From: Candidatus Bathyarchaeia archaeon | Lineage (GTDB): Archaea; Thermoproteota; Bathyarchaeia; 40CM-2-53-6 | DNA length: 64,000 nt | NCBI GenBank assembly: GCA_049513715.1 | Contig: JBEKVV010000006.1 | Coordinates: 46,582 to 110,581 of the forward strand | Reading direction: 5' to 3' | Notes under the pieces: model-generated | What the model was told of the DNA's origin: nothing | Seen by the model: the letters and a program-made list of their open reading frames with translations, nothing else | Databases searched by the model: none | Program-made: the position numbers and the translations under genes | Part shown: piece by piece, positions 1-8,762 of the stretch | Layout: every line of letters begins with the position of its first letter | Numbering within the stretch: the stretch's first letter is position 1

Positions 1-3
1 AAA

Positions 4-831
4 ATGATAGTCCCCATAGTCGAACAACCCGATGGAACCTTCGCTGCCACCTTTCTAGGCAACTCACAAATCATGAAGACGCATGAAGAGCGTGATGCAC
101 TGGAGAAGAACATACGACATAGCGGTTACTACCCATACCGGACCACGCCGGCTGAAGTGGAGAAGCTTCAGGCCGACAAGAAAACTGTAGACGAACTGTT
201 CTCCAAAATAATGGTGGACGGAATCAGGCGGTGGGTTTCCATCGCGGAAGAGCGACTCAAAGGGTCGGAAGCTAAGTGCTACATCAGCCCCGGGAATGAT
301 GACCGATTTGATATCGACGAGGTTCTGAAGTCTTCGTCGGTGGTTCAGTGTCCTGAGGATGAAGTGGTCTGGGTTGATGACCACCACGAAATGATCACCA
401 GCGGGTGGACCAATGCTTCTCCCTGGAATAGCCCACGCGAAACCACTGAAGAGAAGCTAACGGAGATTTTCGATCGTATGATTTCCAAGGTTCAGCGAAT
501 GGAGAACTGTATCTTCAACCTCCATTCTCCACCATTTGACACTCCCCTGGATTTGGCGCCGGAACTCGACAAGACTCTGAAACCCATCGTTCGCAGCGGC
601 GGGGAAGTTAGTATGATTCATGTTGGGAGCAAAGCGGTAAGGCAGGTAATTGAAAAACACAAACCTTTCTTGGGGTTGCACGGACACATTCATGAGGCAC
701 GTGGTTTCGCCAAAATTGGCCGAACTCTATGTATAAACCCGGGCAGCGAATACGGCGAAGGAATATTGCGCGGAGCGCTACTGAATATCGATGAAAAAGG
801 CTTGAAGAGCTATCTGCTAACACAAGGATAG
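4..831 (+). CDS. Icc-related metallophosphoesterase (calcineurin-like), 5'-truncated by window edge
   Basis: PGNDD, HSPP, GHIHE and NPGSEY motifs; clear paralog of 27625..28608, whose N-terminal DxH/GGD motifs are missing here. Confidence 0.85.
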   Translation: MIVPIVEQPDGTFAATFLGNSQIMKTHEERDALEKNIRHSGYYPYRTTPAEVEKLQADKKTVDELFSKIMVDGIRRWVSIAEERLKGSEAKCYISPGNDDRFDIDEVLKSSSVVQCPEDEVVWVDDHHEMITSGWTNASPWNSPRETTEEKLTEIFDRMISKVQRMENCIFNLHSPPFDTPLDLAPELDKTLKPIVRSGGEVSMIHVGSKAVRQVIEKHKPFLGLHGHIHEARGFAKIGRTLCINPGSEYGEGILRGALLNIDEKGLKSYLLTQG

Positions 832-1042
832 CGAAAAATCAGCTGGAACTTTTGGGTTTCACCGTAGCCCGCCCCATCGAGTTAAAGAGGCTTTGAGGAA
901 TTTTGAGGCGCGAAAAACGCCGTGATAGCGTTTCGAATTCTCCTTTTTCTACTTACCGTGAGCCTGGGTAAGGTAGCATATGTTGCATAGTGCTAAATAT
1001 TGAAAGCCTACTGTTGAGAATTCATCATAGGGACGTTGTGAT

Positions 1043-2614
1043 TTGGAAAAGAAACCACCGGTTTTCGTCAGGGAGGCAACGGGCCTCATTCGGGAAGTTG
1101 GTGCTTGGTCTTCCTTTATGGCGGTGCTGGCACTTGTGACGGGAGGTGTTCCTGTCCTCTGGGTTGCTTTAATGTACGAGGCGCCGGGGGCAAATTGGCC
1201 GTTAGCCTTCTTGGTTGCCTACTTCCCAAGTCTCTTGATGGCCGGTTTGTTCACCTTAGTCGGAATCTCGATGCCAAGATCCGGAGGAGATTATGTCTTC
1301 ACAACCCGAGGAGTCAATCCTTATGTTGGATTCGTTAACTACTGGGGAATCGCGGCGGCTTTCGTTATCAATGCAGGCATATTCTCATTCTACACGGGTA
1401 ACTATGTTGGGTACGTGCTTGCAAGCCTAGGAGCTTTCTACAACAACCCCGGCATAGCTGCCTTAGGGTCGTCCCTGACTGAGCCGGTCCTTTCCTTTGT
1501 TTTGGCCACAGTGGTGTTAGTTATCTCATGCTTGCTCTCGATCATAAGGCCGCGAATTACTTGGGCGCTCGTTTTCTGGTCAGGAGTGATTTCGTTGATT
1601 GCTACCGTAATCATGTTCGTAGCGCTCGCGGGCATTGATGCCTCCACTTTTGCTGCCAGCTATAATTCGTTCATGGGTAATTCTACAGCATACGATGCCG
1701 TAATACAAACTGGAGGGATTACTGCACCTCCTAATGCGATGCTGGCCACAGCAGCCGCGCTTCCAATTGTTTGGTTCTACTACGTTTGGTATAATCTCCC
1801 AACAACATGGAGCGGAGAAATGAAGAATGTGAGAAGGTCTATGCCTATTGCAATTCTAGCTTCGCTGACCGCGATCGCGATCTTCTACGTGTTGCTCGTC
1901 CTAATTGTTACACATGCCTTTGGACAATCCTTCCTTGAGAATTGGGGCAGCCTTGCCGCAAATGGAAGTGAACCTGTTTCAGGCGTTGGAGGATTCATAC
2001 CGTTCTTCGCACTTCTGGTCTACAAGAGCCCTGCACTTTTCGGTGTGATGTTCCTAGCTCTCTGGCTCCCTATCTTCTTTGAGTTCCCGCCGCTACTGAT
2101 ATCGCAGACTAGATACTTGTTCGCATGGGCTTTTGACAGAATTCTGCCAGATCGTGTAGCATCGGTGAACGAGAGGTTCCACACCCCCGTGGTCGCCACC
2201 GTACTTGTGACTATTGGGGCGATAGTTGCAGCTGGAATAATGGCCTTCGCAGCTGATTCGGGAGAGTTCGCAACGTTGAGCTTCACAATGTTCTCGTTTG
2301 GTTTCATAATCCCCGCTATTGCCGCGATTCTATTTCCATTCAGGAAGAAACAGCTCTATGAAACCGCTTTTGTCGTGAAGAAGAAATTGGTGCTTCCCCT
2401 CATTAGCTGGCTAGGGATAGGATCGTTAGTCTACCTTACTTACTCAACGTACCTCTCCATTCAATCAGGGGGCCTGCCGATAGACAATGTCTCCATGACT
2501 ATGTACGGTACAATCTACGGTCTCGGTGTAATCGTCCTGGTCGTAGGTTACCTCAGAAACAGGAGTAGAGGACTACCGTTAGGATTGGTCTTCGCAGAAA
2601 TCCCGCCTGAATAA
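1043..2614 (+). CDS. APC-family amino acid/polyamine permease
   Basis: About 12 hydrophobic segments; FVREATGL, MPRSGGDY, RYLFAWAFDR, C-terminal EIPPE. Confidence 0.9.
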   Translation: MEKKPPVFVREATGLIREVGAWSSFMAVLALVTGGVPVLWVALMYEAPGANWPLAFLVAYFPSLLMAGLFTLVGISMPRSGGDYVFTTRGVNPYVGFVNYWGIAAAFVINAGIFSFYTGNYVGYVLASLGAFYNNPGIAALGSSLTEPVLSFVLATVVLVISCLLSIIRPRITWALVFWSGVISLIATVIMFVALAGIDASTFAASYNSFMGNSTAYDAVIQTGGITAPPNAMLATAAALPIVWFYYVWYNLPTTWSGEMKNVRRSMPIAILASLTAIAIFYVLLVLIVTHAFGQSFLENWGSLAANGSEPVSGVGGFIPFFALLVYKSPALFGVMFLALWLPIFFEFPPLLISQTRYLFAWAFDRILPDRVASVNERFHTPVVATVLVTIGAIVAAGIMAFAADSGEFATLSFTMFSFGFIIPAIAAILFPFRKKQLYETAFVVKKKLVLPLISWLGIGSLVYLTYSTYLSIQSGGLPIDNVSMTMYGTIYGLGVIVLVVGYLRNRSRGLPLGLVFAEIPPE

Positions 2615-2867
2615 GTCGATCTAAAGTCGACTAGCAACGCCTGGTCGCGCGTATCAACGTATCAAGATATCCCGTTCCTTGGCGGATCTTCATTATCTCG
2701 GTCCGCTCTTCAATAATCCGTTCACCAATCCCAACCATCTCCATTGAACCATTCTTCTTCATCGGCTTGGTGAGGGAGCCTATACTGTAATTGCTTTGCA
2801 GAGAATCAATTACAGATTTTGCAGACATTTTATAGATAGGGCGAGCATTATTGGGTCGGAGTTATTC

Positions 2868-4235
2868 TTGAGCGCTCTGCAAGACGTAGAAATGGCGAAA
2901 CTCGAAAAGAGAACACCCAAGTCTAAGGCGATTTACGAGAAGGCAAAGATCGATGTGCCCTTTGGTGTACACAGCACCTACAGGTATTCTGACCCATACC
3001 CACTCTACTTCACCCGTTCCAAAGGTACGAGGTTATGGGACGTAGACGGAAACGAGTACACAGACTACAACATGGGTTTCGGCGTCTTAGTCGCGGGACA
3101 TGCCCACCCCCTCGTTGTTGAGGCAATCAAAGAGCAAGCTGAGAAAGGCACAGACTTCGGCTTCGAATGGGAGGAAACCCCGAAATTCGCTAGAATGATC
3201 TGCGAGAGATTTGCCGTTGACCAAGTGAGGCTTTCCAACACAGGCGCGGAGGCGACCATGTACGCTGTCCGATTCGCGAGGAGTTTCACAGGAAAGAACA
3301 AAATCATCAAGTTTGAGGGCTGCTATCACGGTGGCAACGATGCATTGATCGTCAGCGTCAAGCCATCCAAAGCTAAAGAAGGTGACGCGCGATTCCCCAA
3401 CTCGGTGCCTTCTTCACAGGGCGTTCCTGAAGGATACTACAAGAATACACTTGTGGCGCCGTTCAATAACTTGGAAGCCGTCGAAGAAATAGTACGAAAG
3501 AACAGCTCCGATCTTGCGGGAATGATCCTGGAACCCATACCCATGAATATGGGCTACATACTTCCCAAACCAGGCTTCCTGGAAGGGTTGAGGAAGCTGG
3601 CCGACCAATACGGTTTCGTCCTGATCTTCGATGAGATCAAAACCTGTGGAAAATTCTACGGTGGAATGCGAGACTACGTCAACGTGAAGCCTGACCTAAT
3701 TACTTTGGGCAAAGCAATCGGAGGCGGCGTTCCAATCTCAGGGATAGCGGGTAAACGCAAGATCATGGAAACCATAGTACCTGGTGTTGTGAGTCACGCA
3801 GGGACATTCAACTCGAACCCACTATGCGTTGCCGCTGGCATCGTAACCTTATCGAAGGTCCTTACGAAAGACGCAATGGGCAAGGCTGCCAGATTCAGTG
3901 AGACCCTTGCAAAAGGATACCAGGATCTAATCAGAGACAATGGTCTTACAGCACACATGTCACAGGCAGGACTAAGTGGCGCAATCGCATTTTCCCAGAA
4001 GCCCATTACGGACTGGAGAAGCTTCCAAGAGGGCGATACTGGCAAGTGGTTCGCTTACTGCTTCGCCATGATGAACCGGGGAATAATCCCAGCCGGCCCT
4101 TCACCAGATGAACAATGGACAGTATCAGTTGTCCACACGAAGGAAGAGATTGACGAGCATCTGGAAGCATTCAAAGAAGTCGTTGGCTACGTCAAGAAAT
4201 ACGACAAGCCCGCAGAAGTAGTCGAAGCCATCTAA
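2868..4235 (+). CDS. Class III PLP aminotransferase, glutamate-1-semialdehyde aminomutase-like
   Basis: WDVDGNEY, FEGCYHG, LIFDEI, GKAIGGG (PLP Lys), AGTFNSNP; start TTG 2868 or ATG 2892 more likely than 2796. Confidence 0.85.
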   Translation: MSALQDVEMAKLEKRTPKSKAIYEKAKIDVPFGVHSTYRYSDPYPLYFTRSKGTRLWDVDGNEYTDYNMGFGVLVAGHAHPLVVEAIKEQAEKGTDFGFEWEETPKFARMICERFAVDQVRLSNTGAEATMYAVRFARSFTGKNKIIKFEGCYHGGNDALIVSVKPSKAKEGDARFPNSVPSSQGVPEGYYKNTLVAPFNNLEAVEEIVRKNSSDLAGMILEPIPMNMGYILPKPGFLEGLRKLADQYGFVLIFDEIKTCGKFYGGMRDYVNVKPDLITLGKAIGGGVPISGIAGKRKIMETIVPGVVSHAGTFNSNPLCVAAGIVTLSKVLTKDAMGKAARFSETLAKGYQDLIRDNGLTAHMSQAGLSGAIAFSQKPITDWRSFQEGDTGKWFAYCFAMMNRGIIPAGPSPDEQWTVSVVHTKEEIDEHLEAFKEVVGYVKKYDKPAEVVEAI

Positions 4236-4430
4236 GGCGCTGCTTTCAAGAGAGTTACAGCCTAAGCACCAAAACCGAAAATTCCAGAATAACCAGAGAC
4301 GGCTCTGAAAAGCCGTCCGTGTAGCAGCCTAAGAAGCTCAGAGAGAAGTCGAGTCCTTCGTACGGTCGGAAGTAATCCGTAAATATACCTCTTGCGCGAA
4401 AGACCCGAAACAATTTCAGAAGGTGATTTC

Positions 4431-4634
4431 TTGGACAAAACAATGGTTGCTGCAGGAGTCTTACTCACTTTGGCTGGCCTCACGGGACTGTTTTACGGCG
4501 CTGGAATCAACCTCCAAGGAATGTTGGCGAGGGGGGCATCGGACTTCTCCTTCATCACAGCGTACATCGCAGAATGGTTCCTGGTGCTCCTTGCCGGTTT
4601 GGCCTTGGCGATTGGCGGGGCACGCAAGAAATAG
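4431..4634 (+). CDS. Small two-TM membrane protein
   Basis: Two hydrophobic stretches, basic C-terminus; AGGTGA just upstream of TTG 4431. Confidence 0.55.
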   Translation: MDKTMVAAGVLLTLAGLTGLFYGAGINLQGMLARGASDFSFITAYIAEWFLVLLAGLALAIGGARKK

Positions 4635-4751
4635 AATAAGAGCTGGCCTAGATCTAATCGTCCGCGCTCACAGGTATGCGAAGGCTAACCCACACATTCT
4701 TTCGTAACTAGCCCTAGTGTGTATGCTCAATAGAGTGCAGAGGAATAGGAT

Positions 4752-4865
4752 TTGGAGAAATCAGAATTGTACCTCCAGCTCGCCAAAATCCTGATGATGG
4801 CGATTTTTCTGGGACTTTTCGTCGTTCTCCTGTTGTTGGGGAAGGTCACGATAAGAATCGGATAG
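4752..4865 (+). CDS. Putative 37-aa single-TM small protein (not in ORF track)
   Basis: TTG..TAG reads MEKSELYLQLAKILMMAIFLGLFVVLLLLGKVTIRIG; purine-rich AGGAATAGGA upstream. Confidence 0.45.
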   Translation: MEKSELYLQLAKILMMAIFLGLFVVLLLLGKVTIRIG

Positions 4866-4925
4866 GAACCCGGCGCGGAGAAAATTGCGGCCTATTGATT
4901 CAGACGGACATGGGATCGAAGGCCA

Positions 4926-5453
4926 CTAATCTGTCTGTGGGAAGTCTCCATGAAAGATTTCCTCGATGGCTTTGCGTGGGGTGGGTTGTGGTTCTTCGGC
5001 TGCGTAGCCTACGGCGAACATAGCTACGGGGCGGGCTGATTGTGCGCCGATAACTTCCCGTACTTTGTCCTCATCGAAGTCTCCTATCCACACTGTTGCG
5101 AGCCCTAGATCTGCGGCTGCGAGCATTGCGAAGGCGCCGGCTATTGTGGCGTCCTGCACACAATACAGTTCCGAGCCCCTTTTGCCATATCTTTCAGCAG
5201 AGCGCTCTGGGTCAGCGCAGAAGACGAGGCAGATTGGGGCCTGAGTGATGAACTTCTGGTCATAGGCGGCCTTCGTCAGAGCCTTTCGCTTGGCTTCCTC
5301 CTTGACAGTGTAGACTTGGTAGGCTTGCAAGTTACCAGCGGAGGGAGCCAAATTCGCCGCCTCAAATATGGACTTCAACTTGTCCTCCTCAACCATCTGG
5401 GATTTGTATGCGCGAACTGAACGCCTACGCTTTAAAACCTCCACAAATTCCAA
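4926..5453 (-). CDS. Nitroreductase family protein
   Basis: RRRSVRAY, APSAGNLQ, LGLATVWIG, VGY motifs. Confidence 0.9.
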   Translation of the reverse strand: MEFVEVLKRRRSVRAYKSQMVEEDKLKSIFEAANLAPSAGNLQAYQVYTVKEEAKRKALTKAAYDQKFITQAPICLVFCADPERSAERYGKRGSELYCVQDATIAGAFAMLAAADLGLATVWIGDFDEDKVREVIGAQSARPVAMFAVGYAAEEPQPTPRKAIEEIFHGDFPQTD

Positions 5454-5546
5454 CGCGTATCATGAAAGTACTCGTGTAAGAAGAATTAAACATACCAACT
5501 GGGTTTGCATCTTAGAAAGAAGTCAGCCAGAATGAGAGTGGGCAAA

Positions 5547-6605
5547 ATGTCTGCTGAATTCAAGGTTCAAGCAAAGTTTCTGGAGGCGTGTAAGTACAAT
5601 CTGCAGCTTAAGCCCGGCCAGAGGCTTCTCATCATCCATGACAGCACGAGCGAAAGCCTGCTCAACCTGTTGAAGCCGGCAATTGACAAGTCAGGCTACG
5701 CCACGGAAATTCTCAATATGGGTCCGAACCGGCCGTATGGGTCGATTCCAACGGAGCTTTCGAAGAGAATTTCAGACCATGAAGCGGTCATTGGCTTCTT
5801 TAATTACGAAGGGCACGACGACTGGAACAGGTCTGAGTTATCGTTCCGGATGGATCTGATTAATTTCATTCAAAGCAAGCCCATGCGGTACGCTCACGCA
5901 CCCGGGCTCAGTTTGGACATGCTGTCCAACGGCTCTTTCCAGTGCGATTTCAAAGAAATGGCTGAAAGTGCCAAGCATCTGCTTAGAGTCCTCGACGGAG
6001 CCAGGACAATTCATGTAATTGCGCCTGCAGGCACAGATTTCCATTTAGAGCTTGACCCGGGAATGCAGTTCGAAACAGATGCCATAATTGTTCCACCCGG
6101 CTTACAGGCACCGGGAAAGATGGGAAATTGGCCTCCAGGGGAGGTCTGGGTTGAATCATTCTCGAACGTACCCATCGCGGGAATTGTCCCGGCCCGCATA
6201 AGGTCTCACGGAAGAATAGTGTGTGACCTGTGTGTCGGAGGCATCCTCGCCAAGGTCAACCCGGCACAGCCTGTCGTGGTCGATGTAGGTGAGGATGGGT
6301 GGCTCAAGAAGTATGATTCGGCTGACGAGAGGTTCAGGCGGATCCAGCAGGACTATGATGAGGACTCGGCGAAGTGGAATGTCCAGCCTTACACTCAAGA
6401 GCTTGGATTAGGCCTGAACGACAAAGCTAGGGTAGGTACGGGGAACCTTCTCGAGGATGAAAAAGCTAAGAAAACATGCCATGTTGCGGTTGGAAGCTAC
6501 CGGACACACACAGATTTCCTAATCGGCAAACCCACGATCGATGTCACCTACAATAATCAAAGGACCTCTACCGTCTTGAAACACGGAGAACTGCAACTGA
6601 ACTAG
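5547..6605 (+). CDS. M29-like (thermophilic) aminopeptidase
   Basis: GNWPPGEV, ELGLGLN, EDEKAKKTCHVAVG, HTDF; ATG 5547 likely start. Confidence 0.7.
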   Translation: MSAEFKVQAKFLEACKYNLQLKPGQRLLIIHDSTSESLLNLLKPAIDKSGYATEILNMGPNRPYGSIPTELSKRISDHEAVIGFFNYEGHDDWNRSELSFRMDLINFIQSKPMRYAHAPGLSLDMLSNGSFQCDFKEMAESAKHLLRVLDGARTIHVIAPAGTDFHLELDPGMQFETDAIIVPPGLQAPGKMGNWPPGEVWVESFSNVPIAGIVPARIRSHGRIVCDLCVGGILAKVNPAQPVVVDVGEDGWLKKYDSADERFRRIQQDYDEDSAKWNVQPYTQELGLGLNDKARVGTGNLLEDEKAKKTCHVAVGSYRTHTDFLIGKPTIDVTYNNQRTSTVLKHGELQLN

Positions 6606-6668
6606 AAGCTGCAGACCACCAGCAGATTGTGGCTCGGTTATTCAAGCTGCGGTGTCCTCGGGCGGGTT

Positions 6669-7280
6669 CTAGTTAGAAGTTTTCTGTAATCCTGCGAGTT
6701 CTGACGCTCGCTTAACAACCGTCTCGTAAAGTCGTTCGAACCTTCCATCGGTCAACGCCTTTTCTAAGTCCGCGTAGTCAGTGAGGTCGATTCCGTAGAC
6801 ATCTGAATATTCCTCATGCAACAGGCCGCTGTCTATTGGATGCCGGTCAAGCATCGCATAGAATGTTGCTTTATGTAGAATCGTGACGAAAACGCCGGCC
6901 AGTCCACCTCTCTCGAGCAAGTCTTGTCGTTGACTCATGAAGGGACAGTTGGCGAACTTTTTGACGTTGCAGGATTGGTTCCTTTCGTCGAAGAGTCTTG
7001 CATAGATTTGAGCCACGGTGTTCAGGAATTGCGCGTCCGAGGAGAGTTCTTCAACGGACTTGGTGTTGGGTGAGGCCGTGCTGGCTTGGGCCTTGGTTTG
7101 CTGTAGTGTTATCACCGCCCTTTGTGCTTCGGAGGCCGAATGATCCTTGGACCAGAGCAGGCATGACCACTCGCACTTTTGCTCTGCTTTGGTATCCAGC
7201 CGGAGGTCTCGAATGAAATCAGCAGCAAATTTCCCGGCAGCGTGGCTCGCTTGATTTTCTGACAACACAACACATCTCAC
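6669..7280 (-). CDS. Hypothetical protein
   Basis: 203-aa ORF filling the gap, co-oriented with pyrD; no motif recognised. Confidence 0.55.
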   Translation of the reverse strand: MRCVVLSENQASHAAGKFAADFIRDLRLDTKAEQKCEWSCLLWSKDHSASEAQRAVITLQQTKAQASTASPNTKSVEELSSDAQFLNTVAQIYARLFDERNQSCNVKKFANCPFMSQRQDLLERGGLAGVFVTILHKATFYAMLDRHPIDSGLLHEEYSDVYGIDLTDYADLEKALTDGRFERLYETVVKRASELAGLQKTSN

Positions 7281-7337
7281 TGAAGTGTGGGCAATTTCAA
7301 ATTAGGTTTTGCATATAATTCCTTTGTCCAGTCATCA

Positions 7338-8378
7338 TTACAGACCGGATCCGATGATTTGGTTAAGGGAGCTTGACTTGGAGCTTTCTAGAAGGCTGAG
7401 AAGTTCCTTGTTTATCTTAGCAATTACACTTGGGCCCTCATAGATTAGGGCGGTGTAAAGTTGTACTGAGGAGGCGCCTGCTTCAAAGGCACGCCAAGCG
7501 TTTAGTCCAGACGATATGCCGCCGCATGCGTTGATTGGAATCTTGCCTTCCGTGTTTCGGTAAATGTCTGCTACGATTCTAAGCATGTCCTCGAAGATTG
7601 GAGGGCCACTGAGCCCACCTGTTCCAATGCTGGCTCGCGGTTCATTGATCATCTTTGTGTTAGCCGCGGTTATACCATCCACAGAGTTCTTTACGCAGGT
7701 TTCAACGAGGTCTAGGACGTTCTCGCGCTCTTTCTCAGTGAAATACGGTGGAACCTTCACCCAAACTGGTTTTCCACGGCTCCTAACCGCGTTTGTGGCG
7801 TCCAGCAGGCTAGTGAGAACCGCTGGGTCTTGAAAAACTCTCACACCCACAGTGTTCGGCGTACTTATGTTCAACTCAATTCCATCTGCTAATGGCTCCA
7901 TGACGCGGTAACAGCCTGTAAACTCCTCAACGCTCAACCCCGATACGCTTACTATGATTCGTCCACGATGGTTCTTCTTCTGCTGGAGATTTCCAGCGAT
8001 TTTTTCAGCTCCGTCGTTTGGGAGCCCCATCGAGTTTACTAGGGAGTTCCCTGGGTACCGCCACACCCTCGGCTTGGGGTTACCTTCGCGGGGGTTCAAT
8101 GTAACCGTGCCCAAAGTCAAGTAGCCAAAGCCCATTTTGAAAAGTGCCCTGACCATCTCACAATTCTTGTCGAACCCGGCCGCAAGCCCAACAGGGTTTG
8201 GAAATTCCAGATGGCCGACCGAAGCGTTCAACCGTTCATCGTCAACGCAGAAACGGGAACGCAAGAGCGTCCATAACCAAGAACGTTTGAAGAAGCACTT
8301 CGCAATGCTATGTGCGGTCTCTGGCGGTGTAAGAAACATCGCTGGCTTGGCGATTGTTTTGTATAAACTCAGTTTCAA
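7338..8378 (-). CDS. pyrD: Dihydroorotate dehydrogenase, class 2 (quinone)
   Basis: PETAH N-terminus, NPVGLAAGFDKN, GNPKPR, NSMG, NISTPNT, GGLSG, VQLYTALIYEGP. Confidence 0.9.
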   Translation of the reverse strand: MKLSLYKTIAKPAMFLTPPETAHSIAKCFFKRSWLWTLLRSRFCVDDERLNASVGHLEFPNPVGLAAGFDKNCEMVRALFKMGFGYLTLGTVTLNPREGNPKPRVWRYPGNSLVNSMGLPNDGAEKIAGNLQQKKNHRGRIIVSVSGLSVEEFTGCYRVMEPLADGIELNISTPNTVGVRVFQDPAVLTSLLDATNAVRSRGKPVWVKVPPYFTEKERENVLDLVETCVKNSVDGITAANTKMINEPRASIGTGGLSGPPIFEDMLRIVADIYRNTEGKIPINACGGISSGLNAWRAFEAGASSVQLYTALIYEGPSVIAKINKELLSLLESSKSSSLNQIIGSGL

Positions 8379-8500
8379 GGAAAACTACTCAGGTGAATTC
8401 GCGGCTACACATGGCGTGCTAACTGTTTCATCGGTAAAATAGCCTTCCAATCCCTCCCGGAGTTACCTGGCAACTGCACGCACGATATCCCACAAGTATG

Positions 8501-8589
8501 AGTGTGTGTCCCACACTCTAACAAGGGAGGATGGGTGGCAGCCACCTATGAGAGGGTGGCATACACCCTCACGAGGGGTGCGACACCCC
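8501..8589. repeat. Four tandem short inverted repeats
   Basis: AGTGTG-N5-CACACT (8501-8517), GGTGGC-A-GCCACC (8534-8546), GAGGGTG-N5-CACCCTC (8552-8570), GGGGTG-CGA-CACCCC (8575-8589). Confidence 0.75.
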
Positions 8590-8594
8590 CAAGG

Positions 8595-8700
8595 CACACA
8601 CACGAAAAGCCACCAGAATAGACGGTTCAATTTTGGATGCTCGCACCACTAGACCCACACACACAAAATTACATAAACGACGACGAACGACGGTTCAATT
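8595..8700 (+). repeat. Degenerate ~60-bp dispersed repeat units with tRNA-3'-like core
   Basis: CACACACACGAAAA..GGTTCAATTTTGGATGCTCGCACCA..CACACACACAAAA..GGTTCAATT; 8625-8648 identical (24 nt) to 17961-17984. Confidence 0.8.
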
Positions 8701-8762
8701 ATGCGCATGTCGCGTGTCGTTAGAAAGTCATAAGAAACAATACGCATTAGTCTTGTCGTGTC

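Noticed and set aside
2868..4235. Calling this gene hemL
   Set aside because: GSAM-like, but diverges (AGTFNSNP, DEI) and sits with a permease about 30 kb from the hem cluster; substrate uncertain.
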